This document shows positions 1 through 7,150 of a stretch of 42,666 nucleotides of DNA, piece after piece. This DNA is from Phycisphaerae bacterium. GTDB lineage: Bacteria; Planctomycetota; Phycisphaerae; JAJVII01. The translations under genes were made by a program, and so were the position numbers. The DNA lies in assembly GCA_028706835.1 (NCBI GenBank), contig JAQTVL010000001.1, positions 1-42,666 on the forward strand, in the 5' to 3' direction. The notes beneath the pieces were generated by a model. It saw nothing but the letters and a program-made list of their open reading frames with translations. It had not been told where the DNA came from and searched no databases. The first letter of the stretch is position 1, and the number at the start of each line of letters is the position of its first letter.

Positions 1-54
1 GTCAGCCGCCGCACCCCCCTGGGGAGGACCCGGAGGCAGCGGGGGGGCGCGATG

Positions 55-366
55 TCAGCCGCCTGGTCGGGAGGCAGGCCCGGCCCAAAGCTTGTCCAGA
101 CGCCGTGCAAGGTCCTCGAGCGTGCGGCGATCGTCGCCGTGCATCCGCTCCTGCCGCTCGACCGACTGCGCGAGGATCAGCACAGCGGTGGTCTGCTTCG
201 TGATCTCCTCTCGCACTTTCTGCGAAGTCTCGATCTCGACGTCGATCAGCGGCGCAAAGAGCGAGTAGAGCATCAAGAGCATGGCGGCGCAGAGAGCAGA
301 CGGAAAGCCAAACCGCTCCCCGATCCGGTACCAGTTGATCCCGCCGATCATTTCACGTGCCGACAT
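55..366 (-). CDS. hypothetical small membrane protein
   Basis: 103-aa ORF starting 3 nt after the stop of the upstream nuclease gene. One hydrophobic helix (FGFPSALCAAMLLMLYSLFAPLI). No family recognised. Confidence 0.4.
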   Translation of the reverse strand: MSAREMIGGINWYRIGERFGFPSALCAAMLLMLYSLFAPLIDVEIETSQKVREEITKQTTAVLILAQSVERQERMHGDDRRTLEDLARRLDKLWAGPASRPGG

Positions 367-368
367 CG

Positions 369-773
369 CTACGGCCCACCTTTCGCCTTGGTCGCGAATC
401 CACGCTCAACGATCAAGGCGCCGAGCTCGCGGCCATCCTTCAGGTACACACGCCCGAGGATCCGGCTCATCGTGATCGCCTTGCCGAGATCGCCATCCGC
501 CGGCAACGGGACGAGCAACGTCACGTCTCGCCCCTGCTCGGCCAGGAGCTGCTCGGCGAGTGACCGGTCGGCCTGGCCCCTGGACTTCTCGGCGAGGTCC
601 TTGGTGCGTGTCTCCGGTGCCCAGCAGTCCAGCAGCCGCACGTGGAAGCAGACGCGGATCTCGACGACGGCCGTGTCACCATCGACCATCCGGACCACCT
701 GGGCAGGAAGGGCCAGGCCGGGCTTCGGTGGTGCTGACAGCAGGACGATTGCCAACAACACGACGTGGTTCAT
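369..773 (-). CDS. secreted staphylococcal-nuclease (SNase/thermonuclease)-like nuclease
   Basis: N-terminal signal-like segment MNHVVLLAIVLLSAPP. Then VVRMVDGDTAVVEI...VRLLDCWAPETRTK, matching the SNase 'V-DGDT...RL-GIDAPE' pattern. CGGAGA SD upstream. Confidence 0.65.
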   Translation of the reverse strand: MNHVVLLAIVLLSAPPKPGLALPAQVVRMVDGDTAVVEIRVCFHVRLLDCWAPETRTKDLAEKSRGQADRSLAEQLLAEQGRDVTLLVPLPADGDLGKAITMSRILGRVYLKDGRELGALIVERGFATKAKGGP

Positions 774-811
774 GCAGATCTCCGGATCTCGAGGTCCGAC
801 ACGCCTCGATG

Positions 812-1765
812 TTACGCGCTGGTGCTAATGCCACCCGATGCCGTGGCGGCAGACGAGCCGGCGCCGGTCGCTTCGTCGGGCACCGCAGGCGCCGCGGTTT
901 CCGACCAGACGCGCAGCAACGGCGCGATCTGCAGATATGTGTACGCGCCGGCGCACCAAGTGCGATCGTTGGCGCTCGGAGTCCAGAGGGGATCGAGTGA
1001 GCCCTGATTCTGTACCAGGTTGCGGTCGACCGAATTCTTCGCCGCCGCGTAGGCATCGAAATCCGCCTGCGTAGCCACGTAGGCGTCGGTGACCTTCGCG
1101 GGGTCAACCTTCATCAGATTGATGAGCATCCACTTGTAGTTCTCGCGCAACGGCACTGCGACTCGATCCACGAACTGCTGGCTGAACCCGTAGGTAAAGC
1201 TGTTTTCCGGGCTCAGCATCAGCGAGGTCATCAGTTCCAGGTTGCGCCGGGCCCAGAGCACAATCTGCTCGTTACGCACATACGAGCCGTAGAAAGGCAT
1301 CACCCACGCGCGGAACGGGATGCTCTGCGCGCCGGTCTCGGTGGCGCGTGGACGTTCCTTGTTGTCGGCCACCAGCGTCGAGTTCAACAGGTCACGGGCG
1401 TTGACGTAGCAGTCGTGCATGACCTTGAGCACGTCCATTTCGGGCCAGCGATCCAGCCGAGCGCATTGGTGGAACAAGACCGCGCTCATATGCTCACCGA
1501 TCCGATTGAACAGGTAGGCGATGTTCGGATGCGCGGTGCGGAGGCGACCACCGCAGCCTGCGACCGCCAAGCCCATCTGCTTCCAAACATCGGGCACATT
1601 GGCCACCCACAGCGGCATTAAGGCTGTGAGGACCTTGGGAATCGATACCGTCGCAGCGCCGGGGTCCACGTCGGGCACCGCGATAGGGGTCAGGTTTGCC
1701 GGCAGCCCGCCGGTCGCGCCCGTGTCGCCGATCACCCCGCCAGAATTCTGCGTCTCATTGGCCAC
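812..1765 (-). CDS. hypothetical protein
   Basis: 317-aa ORF with GTG start preceded by AAGGAGA. Ordinary amino-acid composition. No family recognised. Confidence 0.5.
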   Translation of the reverse strand: MANETQNSGGVIGDTGATGGLPANLTPIAVPDVDPGAATVSIPKVLTALMPLWVANVPDVWKQMGLAVAGCGGRLRTAHPNIAYLFNRIGEHMSAVLFHQCARLDRWPEMDVLKVMHDCYVNARDLLNSTLVADNKERPRATETGAQSIPFRAWVMPFYGSYVRNEQIVLWARRNLELMTSLMLSPENSFTYGFSQQFVDRVAVPLRENYKWMLINLMKVDPAKVTDAYVATQADFDAYAAAKNSVDRNLVQNQGSLDPLWTPSANDRTWCAGAYTYLQIAPLLRVWSETAAPAVPDEATGAGSSAATASGGISTSA

Positions 1766-1785
1766 GTTGGTCTCCTTGGAAGACT

Positions 1786-3231
1786 CTAACCTGGGTTGGT
1801 CTGGCTCTTGGCCAGATCATCCCGATACATAAAAAACGCCGCTGCCTTCGGGTCCGACATCGCGATCACTCGCTCGGCCGCGCGCTTGGCTTCCTCCACC
1901 GGATCCGCTTCCGGGACCCGGATATACACGTTCTCGGTACGGGACTGGCCAGGTGTCACCACCGGTCGGTCGACCATCTTGACCACACCCGGCAATGGCG
2001 CAGCCGGAGCCTGGCCACCGAATCTGCCGACCACACGCCGTGCCAGCCTTCCTGCCAGCCACACCCCGATACCGGCCGCCGGAGACGACACGCCCAGCGC
2101 GACCAGGCCGGCGGTGAGCCAGGAGCCGGCGTCCACCTTGGCGGCCGATGCGGTGCCAGGGTCGGCTACGTTTTTCGGGTCGACGTTGCCCACTGTCTCA
2201 TGGGCGGCGCCGCTCCGGAGGCCTGCCGCCTGGGTGGCGCCAGCCGTCTCATGGAGCTTGGTCTCAATGACGTGAAACGCGGCCTCAAGCCCGTCAATGC
2301 GGGCTGATAGCCCTGGGATGGGGTCGGGCTTGTCGGGTTGCGTGGGCGACGGCTGCGGCGGAGCCGGCGTCTGGCCTTGGGCCTGGGGCAACGGTGTCGG
2401 GATCGGCTGGACCGGAAGCGTCGGCCACGGGTTTGTGCCGGGGGCCTGCTGGCCCGGCCGGGCGCCCTCGAGGTGCTGGCGCCACCGATCATCTTGCTCT
2501 TGACGGTAGGGCAAGAGTCGATACTGCGGCGCCGGGCAGCCGTTGGGACCGCAGCCGTTGGGACCGCACTGCACTTGCCGCTCCGCGGCCGCCCGGCAGA
2601 GTTGCCCGTAGAGCGACTGCACGCTCGAGGCGATCCCCTGACGGCTATTCAGCGTGCGTGCCCGCACCACGCCCACGATCCGCTCCCCTTCGGCGTCGAA
2701 CAGGGCCGAGCCGCTGCGGCCCATAGCCGGGGCGGGTACGAAACATAGATCGCCGCCGTCGTAGCCCAGGGCGTGCCCCTTCCAGCCGGTCGACCACGCA
2801 CCGCCGGCGCAGCCCACCGAGGTCAGTGTTTGGCCGGCCCCGACCACAAAGTCACGCGGCGCCAGCGGGATTGCCGGTGGCAGCGCGCCGCCGAAGTGCG
2901 ACTGATCGACGGCGATCACCGCGGCGTCGGTCTGGTCGTTGGCCACGCGCAGGACCACGACGCCCGGCAGGGGCGCCGACTGGTGGCCTTGTCGCCAGAA
3001 TTCGCACTCCACGCGGCGGGCATTGCCGACCACGTGGGCCGCCGTGAGCACATACACGGCCCCCTGGCTTCGTTCGAACACACAGCCGGTCCCCCGGCCG
3101 CCATCGGGCGCCGTGATCCGGCACGTGGCATCGATGCAGTCCGACATTGTGCCCGTTACCGGACACGCGGCCGCGGCAACGAGGATCGCAGCGGCGATCG
3201 CCGGCAACGCTCCGAGAACGGACCGGATCAT
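1786..3231 (-). CDS. trypsin-like serine protease with Pro-rich linker and C-terminal hydrophobic segment
   Basis: Signal-like N-terminus. LTAAHVV (His), DAAVIAV (Asp) and GRSGSALF (Ser) triad motifs typical of Trypsin_2-type proteases. P/Q-rich linker, then a hydrophobic stretch. AGGAGGAG SD. ATGA overlap with the upstream gene. Confidence 0.6.
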   Translation of the reverse strand: MIRSVLGALPAIAAAILVAAAACPVTGTMSDCIDATCRITAPDGGRGTGCVFERSQGAVYVLTAAHVVGNARRVECEFWRQGHQSAPLPGVVVLRVANDQTDAAVIAVDQSHFGGALPPAIPLAPRDFVVGAGQTLTSVGCAGGAWSTGWKGHALGYDGGDLCFVPAPAMGRSGSALFDAEGERIVGVVRARTLNSRQGIASSVQSLYGQLCRAAAERQVQCGPNGCGPNGCPAPQYRLLPYRQEQDDRWRQHLEGARPGQQAPGTNPWPTLPVQPIPTPLPQAQGQTPAPPQPSPTQPDKPDPIPGLSARIDGLEAAFHVIETKLHETAGATQAAGLRSGAAHETVGNVDPKNVADPGTASAAKVDAGSWLTAGLVALGVSSPAAGIGVWLAGRLARRVVGRFGGQAPAAPLPGVVKMVDRPVVTPGQSRTENVYIRVPEADPVEEAKRAAERVIAMSDPKAAAFFMYRDDLAKSQTNPG

Positions 3232-3680
3232 GTCCGACTCCTCCTATAATGCCGTCCACCGCAGAGCCTGACCGCGTAGTACATCAGCACTCGCTGCCAA
3301 GGGGCAACGCCCTCGGCGGCCATCGCATCGCGAAAGGCCGCATCCGCAAAAAACCGACTGATTCTTCCCCGTCGATACAGCCAATCGTGGCCGATCGCCG
3401 GGACCAGCCAGGGGCCGTTCGGTGGGACCAGCCACCAAAGAGCGCGTGGGGTGGTTGCGTAATCGGTCTCGAACCCGGCCGGCACCACGATCCGCCACGA
3501 CTCGCCGTTGATCTGCCATTCCAAGGTCACAGGCGTCAGCAGCCTGTGCCACGGCCGCCCATCACGCCAGCCTAGTTCCTCGACCTGGATCACCGAGTGA
3601 ACGAACGAGGTGTAGGGGTGTGGTGAATCGCCAGCGAAGATCTCCCGCAGGCCCTCTCGGATCTTTGTCCACGCCATCAT
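3228..3680 (-). CDS. DUF1353-family phage protein
   Basis: GFETDYATTP...AIGHDWLY...FFADAAFRDAM matches the DUF1353 signature (F-TD-aS-P ... HD-lY ... aD). Start overlaps the stop of the upstream gene. Confidence 0.65.
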   Translation of the reverse strand: MMAWTKIREGLREIFAGDSPHPYTSFVHSVIQVEELGWRDGRPWHRLLTPVTLEWQINGESWRIVVPAGFETDYATTPRALWWLVPPNGPWLVPAIGHDWLYRRGRISRFFADAAFRDAMAAEGVAPWQRVLMYYAVRLCGGRHYRRSRT

Positions 3681-4063
3681 GCCGCCGCCCCGCGTTCTGC
3701 CGGGGCGCCGCGGCGAATCTCCTCATAGCGGGCGAGGGCCTCGCCGCTGAGTTCCAGCCGTAGCCCCTCGGCATGCGGATCTGCGGCAGCCCGCGGGACG
3801 CGGCCGGTCGCCCGGGCCCGGCAGATCTGGCAAGGCAACTGGACGCTGTGGCCGCAGCCGTCGCAACGGACGAACGGCCCGCCCGGGGCCAGGGCCTCTT
3901 CGCTGCGCCGCCGCTCGCGATCGGCATAATCCGGCCGCTTGCCGCTGGCGATACCGCCGACGGATCCGCGCGACACGCCCACTTCGCGGGCGATCTTCCG
4001 CTGGCTGAGCCGGCCCTCGCCGAGCAGGCGGCGGATCTCGTCGACGACGGACTGGGGGATCAT
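3677..4063 (-). CDS. HTH DNA-binding protein with CxxC...CxxC zinc ribbon (putative regulator)
   Basis: N-terminal LSQRKIAREVGVSRGSV helix-turn-helix, followed by CDGCG...CQIC. Confidence 0.55.
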   Translation of the reverse strand: MIPQSVVDEIRRLLGEGRLSQRKIAREVGVSRGSVGGIASGKRPDYADRERRRSEEALAPGGPFVRCDGCGHSVQLPCQICRARATGRVPRAAADPHAEGLRLELSGEALARYEEIRRGAPAERGAAA

Positions 4064-4260
4064 GGCCGGCCTCGCGACCTGGTGCCGCCGCCAATTGCCG
4101 CGGCGATCTCCTCGCCGCCGAGCGTGGCGAAGTTCGCGGGTGCAGTGCAGCCGAGCCAGAGAAAATAAGAAGGGGGCCGGGGCGCGGTGGATGGCGCCCC
4201 GACCCTCGGATCCGGCGCGCGCGACGCGCAGAAAATTCGCCCCAACGGCGGCAACGTCAT
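4060..4260 (-). CDS. possible small ORF or translated leader (66 aa)
   Basis: GGGAG 7-13 nt upstream of the ATG. Third-position G+C about 80% by hand count. Its TGA overlaps the ATG of the HTH gene (ATGA). No homology recognised, and it contains a terminator-like hairpin. Confidence 0.25.
   Translation of the reverse strand: MTLPPLGRIFCASRAPDPRVGAPSTAPRPPSYFLWLGCTAPANFATLGGEEIAAAIGGGTRSRGRP
4074..4117. repeat. direct repeat copy 1 (GCGACCTGGTGCCGCCGCCAATTGCCGCGGCGA + CTCGCCG)
   Basis: 32/33 identical to 4819-4851 by hand alignment. Lies 11-54 nt upstream of the HTH gene ATG. Confidence 0.7.
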
Positions 4261-4292
4261 GCGAGATCGCTCCCGCCCGGTTGCCGCGGATC

Positions 4293-4301
4293 AGTATACC
4301 A
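4293..4301 (-). promoter_or_regulatory. candidate extended -10 promoter (TGGTATACT)
   Basis: Reverse complement of AGTATACCA. Sits downstream of a terminator-like hairpin and about 30 nt upstream of the 66-aa ORF. Confidence 0.35.
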
Positions 4302-4415
4302 TCTCCCCGGGCCGGCCCGGGGGATTTCCGCGGAAATAACGGATTGGTGCCGGGCCTAACCCGTGCCCCCGCCCAGGCTTAGTGATGCTAGCGTGGCCGG
4401 CCGGCCACGGCGCAG

Positions 4416-4451
4416 AAAAAGGGCCGGCAGGTTGGGCAACCGGGCTGGCCC
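4416..4451 (-). terminator. candidate intrinsic terminator
   Basis: Minus strand GGGCCAGCCCGGTTGCCCAACCTGCCGGCCC followed by TTTTT, about 30 nt after the stop of the 4482-4766 gene. Confidence 0.5.
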
Positions 4452-4481
4452 TTGCGGGCGCGACCCGAACCTGCCGGCCGG

Positions 4482-4766
4482 TCAGACGACCGCGGAAAGA
4501 TGCCGGATCAACTCATCGCCGGAGAGCCGCGGGAAGGCCTGGTGGCAGTTCGGGCAGGCATCGATCGCCGGGCCGAGCTCGTCGCCAAGCCGCGGCCGGA
4601 GGTGGATCGAGACGGGCATGCCCTTCTCCCGCCGGATGACCAGGGGCCACGAGCACCGGCATTGCGACTCGACGTGGTCGACCTGACGCACGACGCCGGA
4701 GTCGCCCCGGCATCGCGGGCAGATCAGCGCCTCGGACGGCTGGCGGCAGCAGGCACAACGGAGCAT
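4482..4766 (-). CDS. Cys-rich zinc-ribbon protein
   Basis: CACC...CPRC near the N-terminus and CPNC near the C-terminus. ATG at 4766 is preferred over the in-frame GTG at 4772 because TATACT sits 7 nt upstream, giving leaderless geometry. Confidence 0.5.
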   Translation of the reverse strand: MLRCACCRQPSEALICPRCRGDSGVVRQVDHVESQCRCSWPLVIRREKGMPVSIHLRPRLGDELGPAIDACPNCHQAFPRLSGDELIRHLSAVV

Positions 4767-4773
4767 GAACACC

Positions 4774-4779
4774 AGTATA
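4774..4779 (-). promoter_or_regulatory. candidate -10 box (TATACT) for a leaderless transcript
   Basis: TATACT-GGTGTTC-ATG. This is the same 7-nt spacing as the TATAAT-N7-ATG at 15780-15795. Confidence 0.35.
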
Positions 4780-4818
4780 GCTGACGCGTTCCGCCGCCCG
4801 AAGGCCGATTTGGGCCGC

Positions 4819-4862
4819 GCGACCTGGTCCCGCCGCCAATTGCCGCGGCGAGGACCTCGCCG
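4819..4862. repeat. direct repeat copy 2
   Basis: GCGACCTGGTCCCGCCGCCAATTGCCGCGGCGA + CTCGCCG. Lies about 40 nt upstream of the TATACT box. Confidence 0.7.
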
Positions 4863-4999
4863 TCAGTTCTGTCGGCGGCCGCGGCTGCCGCCCGATCGGG
4901 CGGCGGGCGATCGCGACCCGGCCCGGGCGCCGCCGCACTTTTCGCAGGCGAAGTACTCGGATCCGGTGCCGCGCAATTCGGTGGCGTCGGCCGATGCCG

Positions 5000-5698
5000 T
5001 CAGGCCGGGCGGCGGTCGACGGCGCGGATCGATTCCAAAAGCGCCGCCCGCTCCAAGGGCTGCAGCCGGAGCAGACGTCGTCGCCACCGCCTCTGGCGGC
5101 GGTGGATCCGCTCGCGCTCGCGGCGATCGCGGCCGAGGTATTGGTAATCATGGAGCTCCGTCGGCTCGGCGTAGTTCATCCAGATCACCTCGGTCGCCAG
5201 GGTGCCGCCGCGCGTCGTGACGCGATGGGTAAGCGTTCGCCAATCCCGCATGGCATCGGAATAGAGGTCCGAGGGATAGGAGCTGACCATCACCATACAG
5301 GACTGGGCCCTCAGCAGCTCGAGCAACGCCAGGTGCTGCCGGTCGGTCAGCTCGTGCTCGTACCGGTGGTGACTGGCCCGGGTCCCCAGCGGGTAAGGCG
5401 GGTCGGCGTAAATGAAAGAATCTGCTCGCAGCGTCGGGCCGAATTGGCGCAGCCACTCGGTGGCGCAGGCGTTCACGACCTCGAGCGTCGCCCGAATTGG
5501 CGGCGAGATCTGCGATTGCTTGCCGCCGAGCCTGGCGGCGGCGCCCGGGTCAAGCTCGACGGCGATCGACTTCATCGCCGGGCGCTTGCGGCGCAAAATG
5601 GCGGCGTCGCCGGCGAAGAGTTCGATATAGAGCCCGTGGGGTGGGATCTGGTTGATGATCCACTGGTAGGTCCCGTTGCCGGCCTTGCCGCCCATCAT
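5000..5698 (-). CDS. Dam-like DNA N6-adenine methyltransferase (D12 class)
   Basis: YQWIINQIPPHGLYIELFAGDAAIL (SAM-binding FxGxG-like motif) and FIYADPPYP (DPPY catalytic motif). Confidence 0.75.
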   Translation of the reverse strand: MMGGKAGNGTYQWIINQIPPHGLYIELFAGDAAILRRKRPAMKSIAVELDPGAAARLGGKQSQISPPIRATLEVVNACATEWLRQFGPTLRADSFIYADPPYPLGTRASHHRYEHELTDRQHLALLELLRAQSCMVMVSSYPSDLYSDAMRDWRTLTHRVTTRGGTLATEVIWMNYAEPTELHDYQYLGRDRRERERIHRRQRRWRRRLLRLQPLERAALLESIRAVDRRPA

Positions 5699-6261
5699 GG
5701 CGTCGTGGGCCTCCGTAGCGTGGACTCCTCTTTGGGCTCGGGCAGCGTGAACCGGTAAACGTCCTGGCCGCCCGGGCCGCGGCCCTTGTCGATATGCGCG
5801 AGCTGGAACCCGACAGCCCTGAAGAAAAGCTGCGAAAGCGTATCCCGCTCGGTCAGCATCACATGGAAGCCGCCCGGCATCCGGCCGACGTGCTCCTGCA
5901 GACCTTCGATCAGCGATCGGCCGACGCCGAGCCGGCGATCGTCGGGCAGGACCGCGATCCGGTCAATTACGATCAGCCGGGTCAGGCCAAATCCGGTCGG
6001 GTAGAACCACGCGAGGAGAGAGCCGCGCAGCCGGCCATTCTCCGCGTCGCCAATTCCAAGGGCATGGCTCCAGTCCTTGTCGAGCCGCCTCCGGATCTGG
6101 GCGATCGCGAGTGGTTGCTTGAAGCTCATCGCGTCGATGAGCTCGAAGTCCGCCCGCCAGGTCGACTTCGAGTTCTTGCGAAAATGATGCGGGGCGAGAC
6201 GCACGACCCGGGCCGGCCCGGGCGGGAAGAGTTCAAGATTTCGTTGCTTGTCGGGAATCAA
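5695..6261 (-). CDS. GNAT-family N-acetyltransferase
   Basis: IAVLPDDRRLGVGRSLIEGL matches the acetyl-CoA motif A (R-x-x-G-x-G). ATGA overlaps at both ends. Confidence 0.6.
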   Translation of the reverse strand: MIPDKQRNLELFPPGPARVVRLAPHHFRKNSKSTWRADFELIDAMSFKQPLAIAQIRRRLDKDWSHALGIGDAENGRLRGSLLAWFYPTGFGLTRLIVIDRIAVLPDDRRLGVGRSLIEGLQEHVGRMPGGFHVMLTERDTLSQLFFRAVGFQLAHIDKGRGPGGQDVYRFTLPEPKEESTLRRPTTP

Positions 6262-7139
6262 CGGCGGTCTCCTTTGTGACGGCTCAAGGTATCGACCTTC
6301 CGCAGAGCCCCGAAACGGCCTGCAATCAGATCGCTTCCCCTGACCGCAATGACGGGCACCGGCTCATGGCGGGCGAGGTTCGCTGCGTCGGTCCGCGAGT
6401 ACTCCGTGCGCGGCCGGCCGATCGAGGTCACGAAGCCCCGCCGGCGCAGCTTCGATAACGTCGAAATCAGCGTGCCGTAGAGATACCGCCGGACCGGCCA
6501 GTTTTGGCGGCGGCAGAGATCCTGCACGGCGGTGCCGATCGCCGGCAGACGCAGTGGCCGGTCGAGGATCGCGAGCACAAGGGCCTCGAGACCCGAGATC
6601 TCCGGCCAACCGAGCCAGGCCGCGACGAGCCCCGACCCGTTCGGTGACCGCTTCCGCGGGTCGGAATGGACCCGGTAAAGATCCACGCGGGAGCGTCGAG
6701 GATCGTTGAGCGCCTCTCCGGCTTCCGGGTCGACCGCATACCAGAACTTCGGCAGCCAATCGAGGAACCGGCGGACCCGGCTACGCTCGCGATTGTGCTC
6801 CCGGGTCGCCGCCGATGCCGCGGATCTGTTGCGGGCGTCGAGGGTAGGGTCCCAGACCCGTGCCAGATAGGCCACGTCGCCGGCGGTCCCGAGGATGTAA
6901 TTCGCGGGATCGTCGTTGAGAAAGTTCCCGTCCCGATGGATCACGCGTTTGCCGGGCGGGATTGGCCCGCGGTTCACCAGCCACCAGTAGCGGGCCAACG
7001 ACATCCACCGTCGGCCTCTGGGCCCATTCGCGCAGAGCTTGACCATCCGAACCCGCGTACGCCGGGAATGCTGGCGGATTCGGATCGTGCCCACCGGCAG
7101 CTTCGTGCGGTCCCAGGGCTGATGTCCCCGTTTTCCCAT
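6258..7139 (-). CDS. HNH endonuclease-like protein with C-terminal winged-helix-like region
   Basis: VIHRDGNFLNDDPANY matches the HNH_3-type motif. Start moved to ATG 7139 (MGKRGH), which follows GAGGAGG. The longer ORF to 7580 overlaps the ParB gene in another frame. Confidence 0.6.
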   Translation of the reverse strand: MGKRGHQPWDRTKLPVGTIRIRQHSRRTRVRMVKLCANGPRGRRWMSLARYWWLVNRGPIPPGKRVIHRDGNFLNDDPANYILGTAGDVAYLARVWDPTLDARNRSAASAATREHNRERSRVRRFLDWLPKFWYAVDPEAGEALNDPRRSRVDLYRVHSDPRKRSPNGSGLVAAWLGWPEISGLEALVLAILDRPLRLPAIGTAVQDLCRRQNWPVRRYLYGTLISTLSKLRRRGFVTSIGRPRTEYSRTDAANLARHEPVPVIAVRGSDLIAGRFGALRKVDTLSRHKGDRR

Positions 7140-7150
7140 TGATTGCCTCC

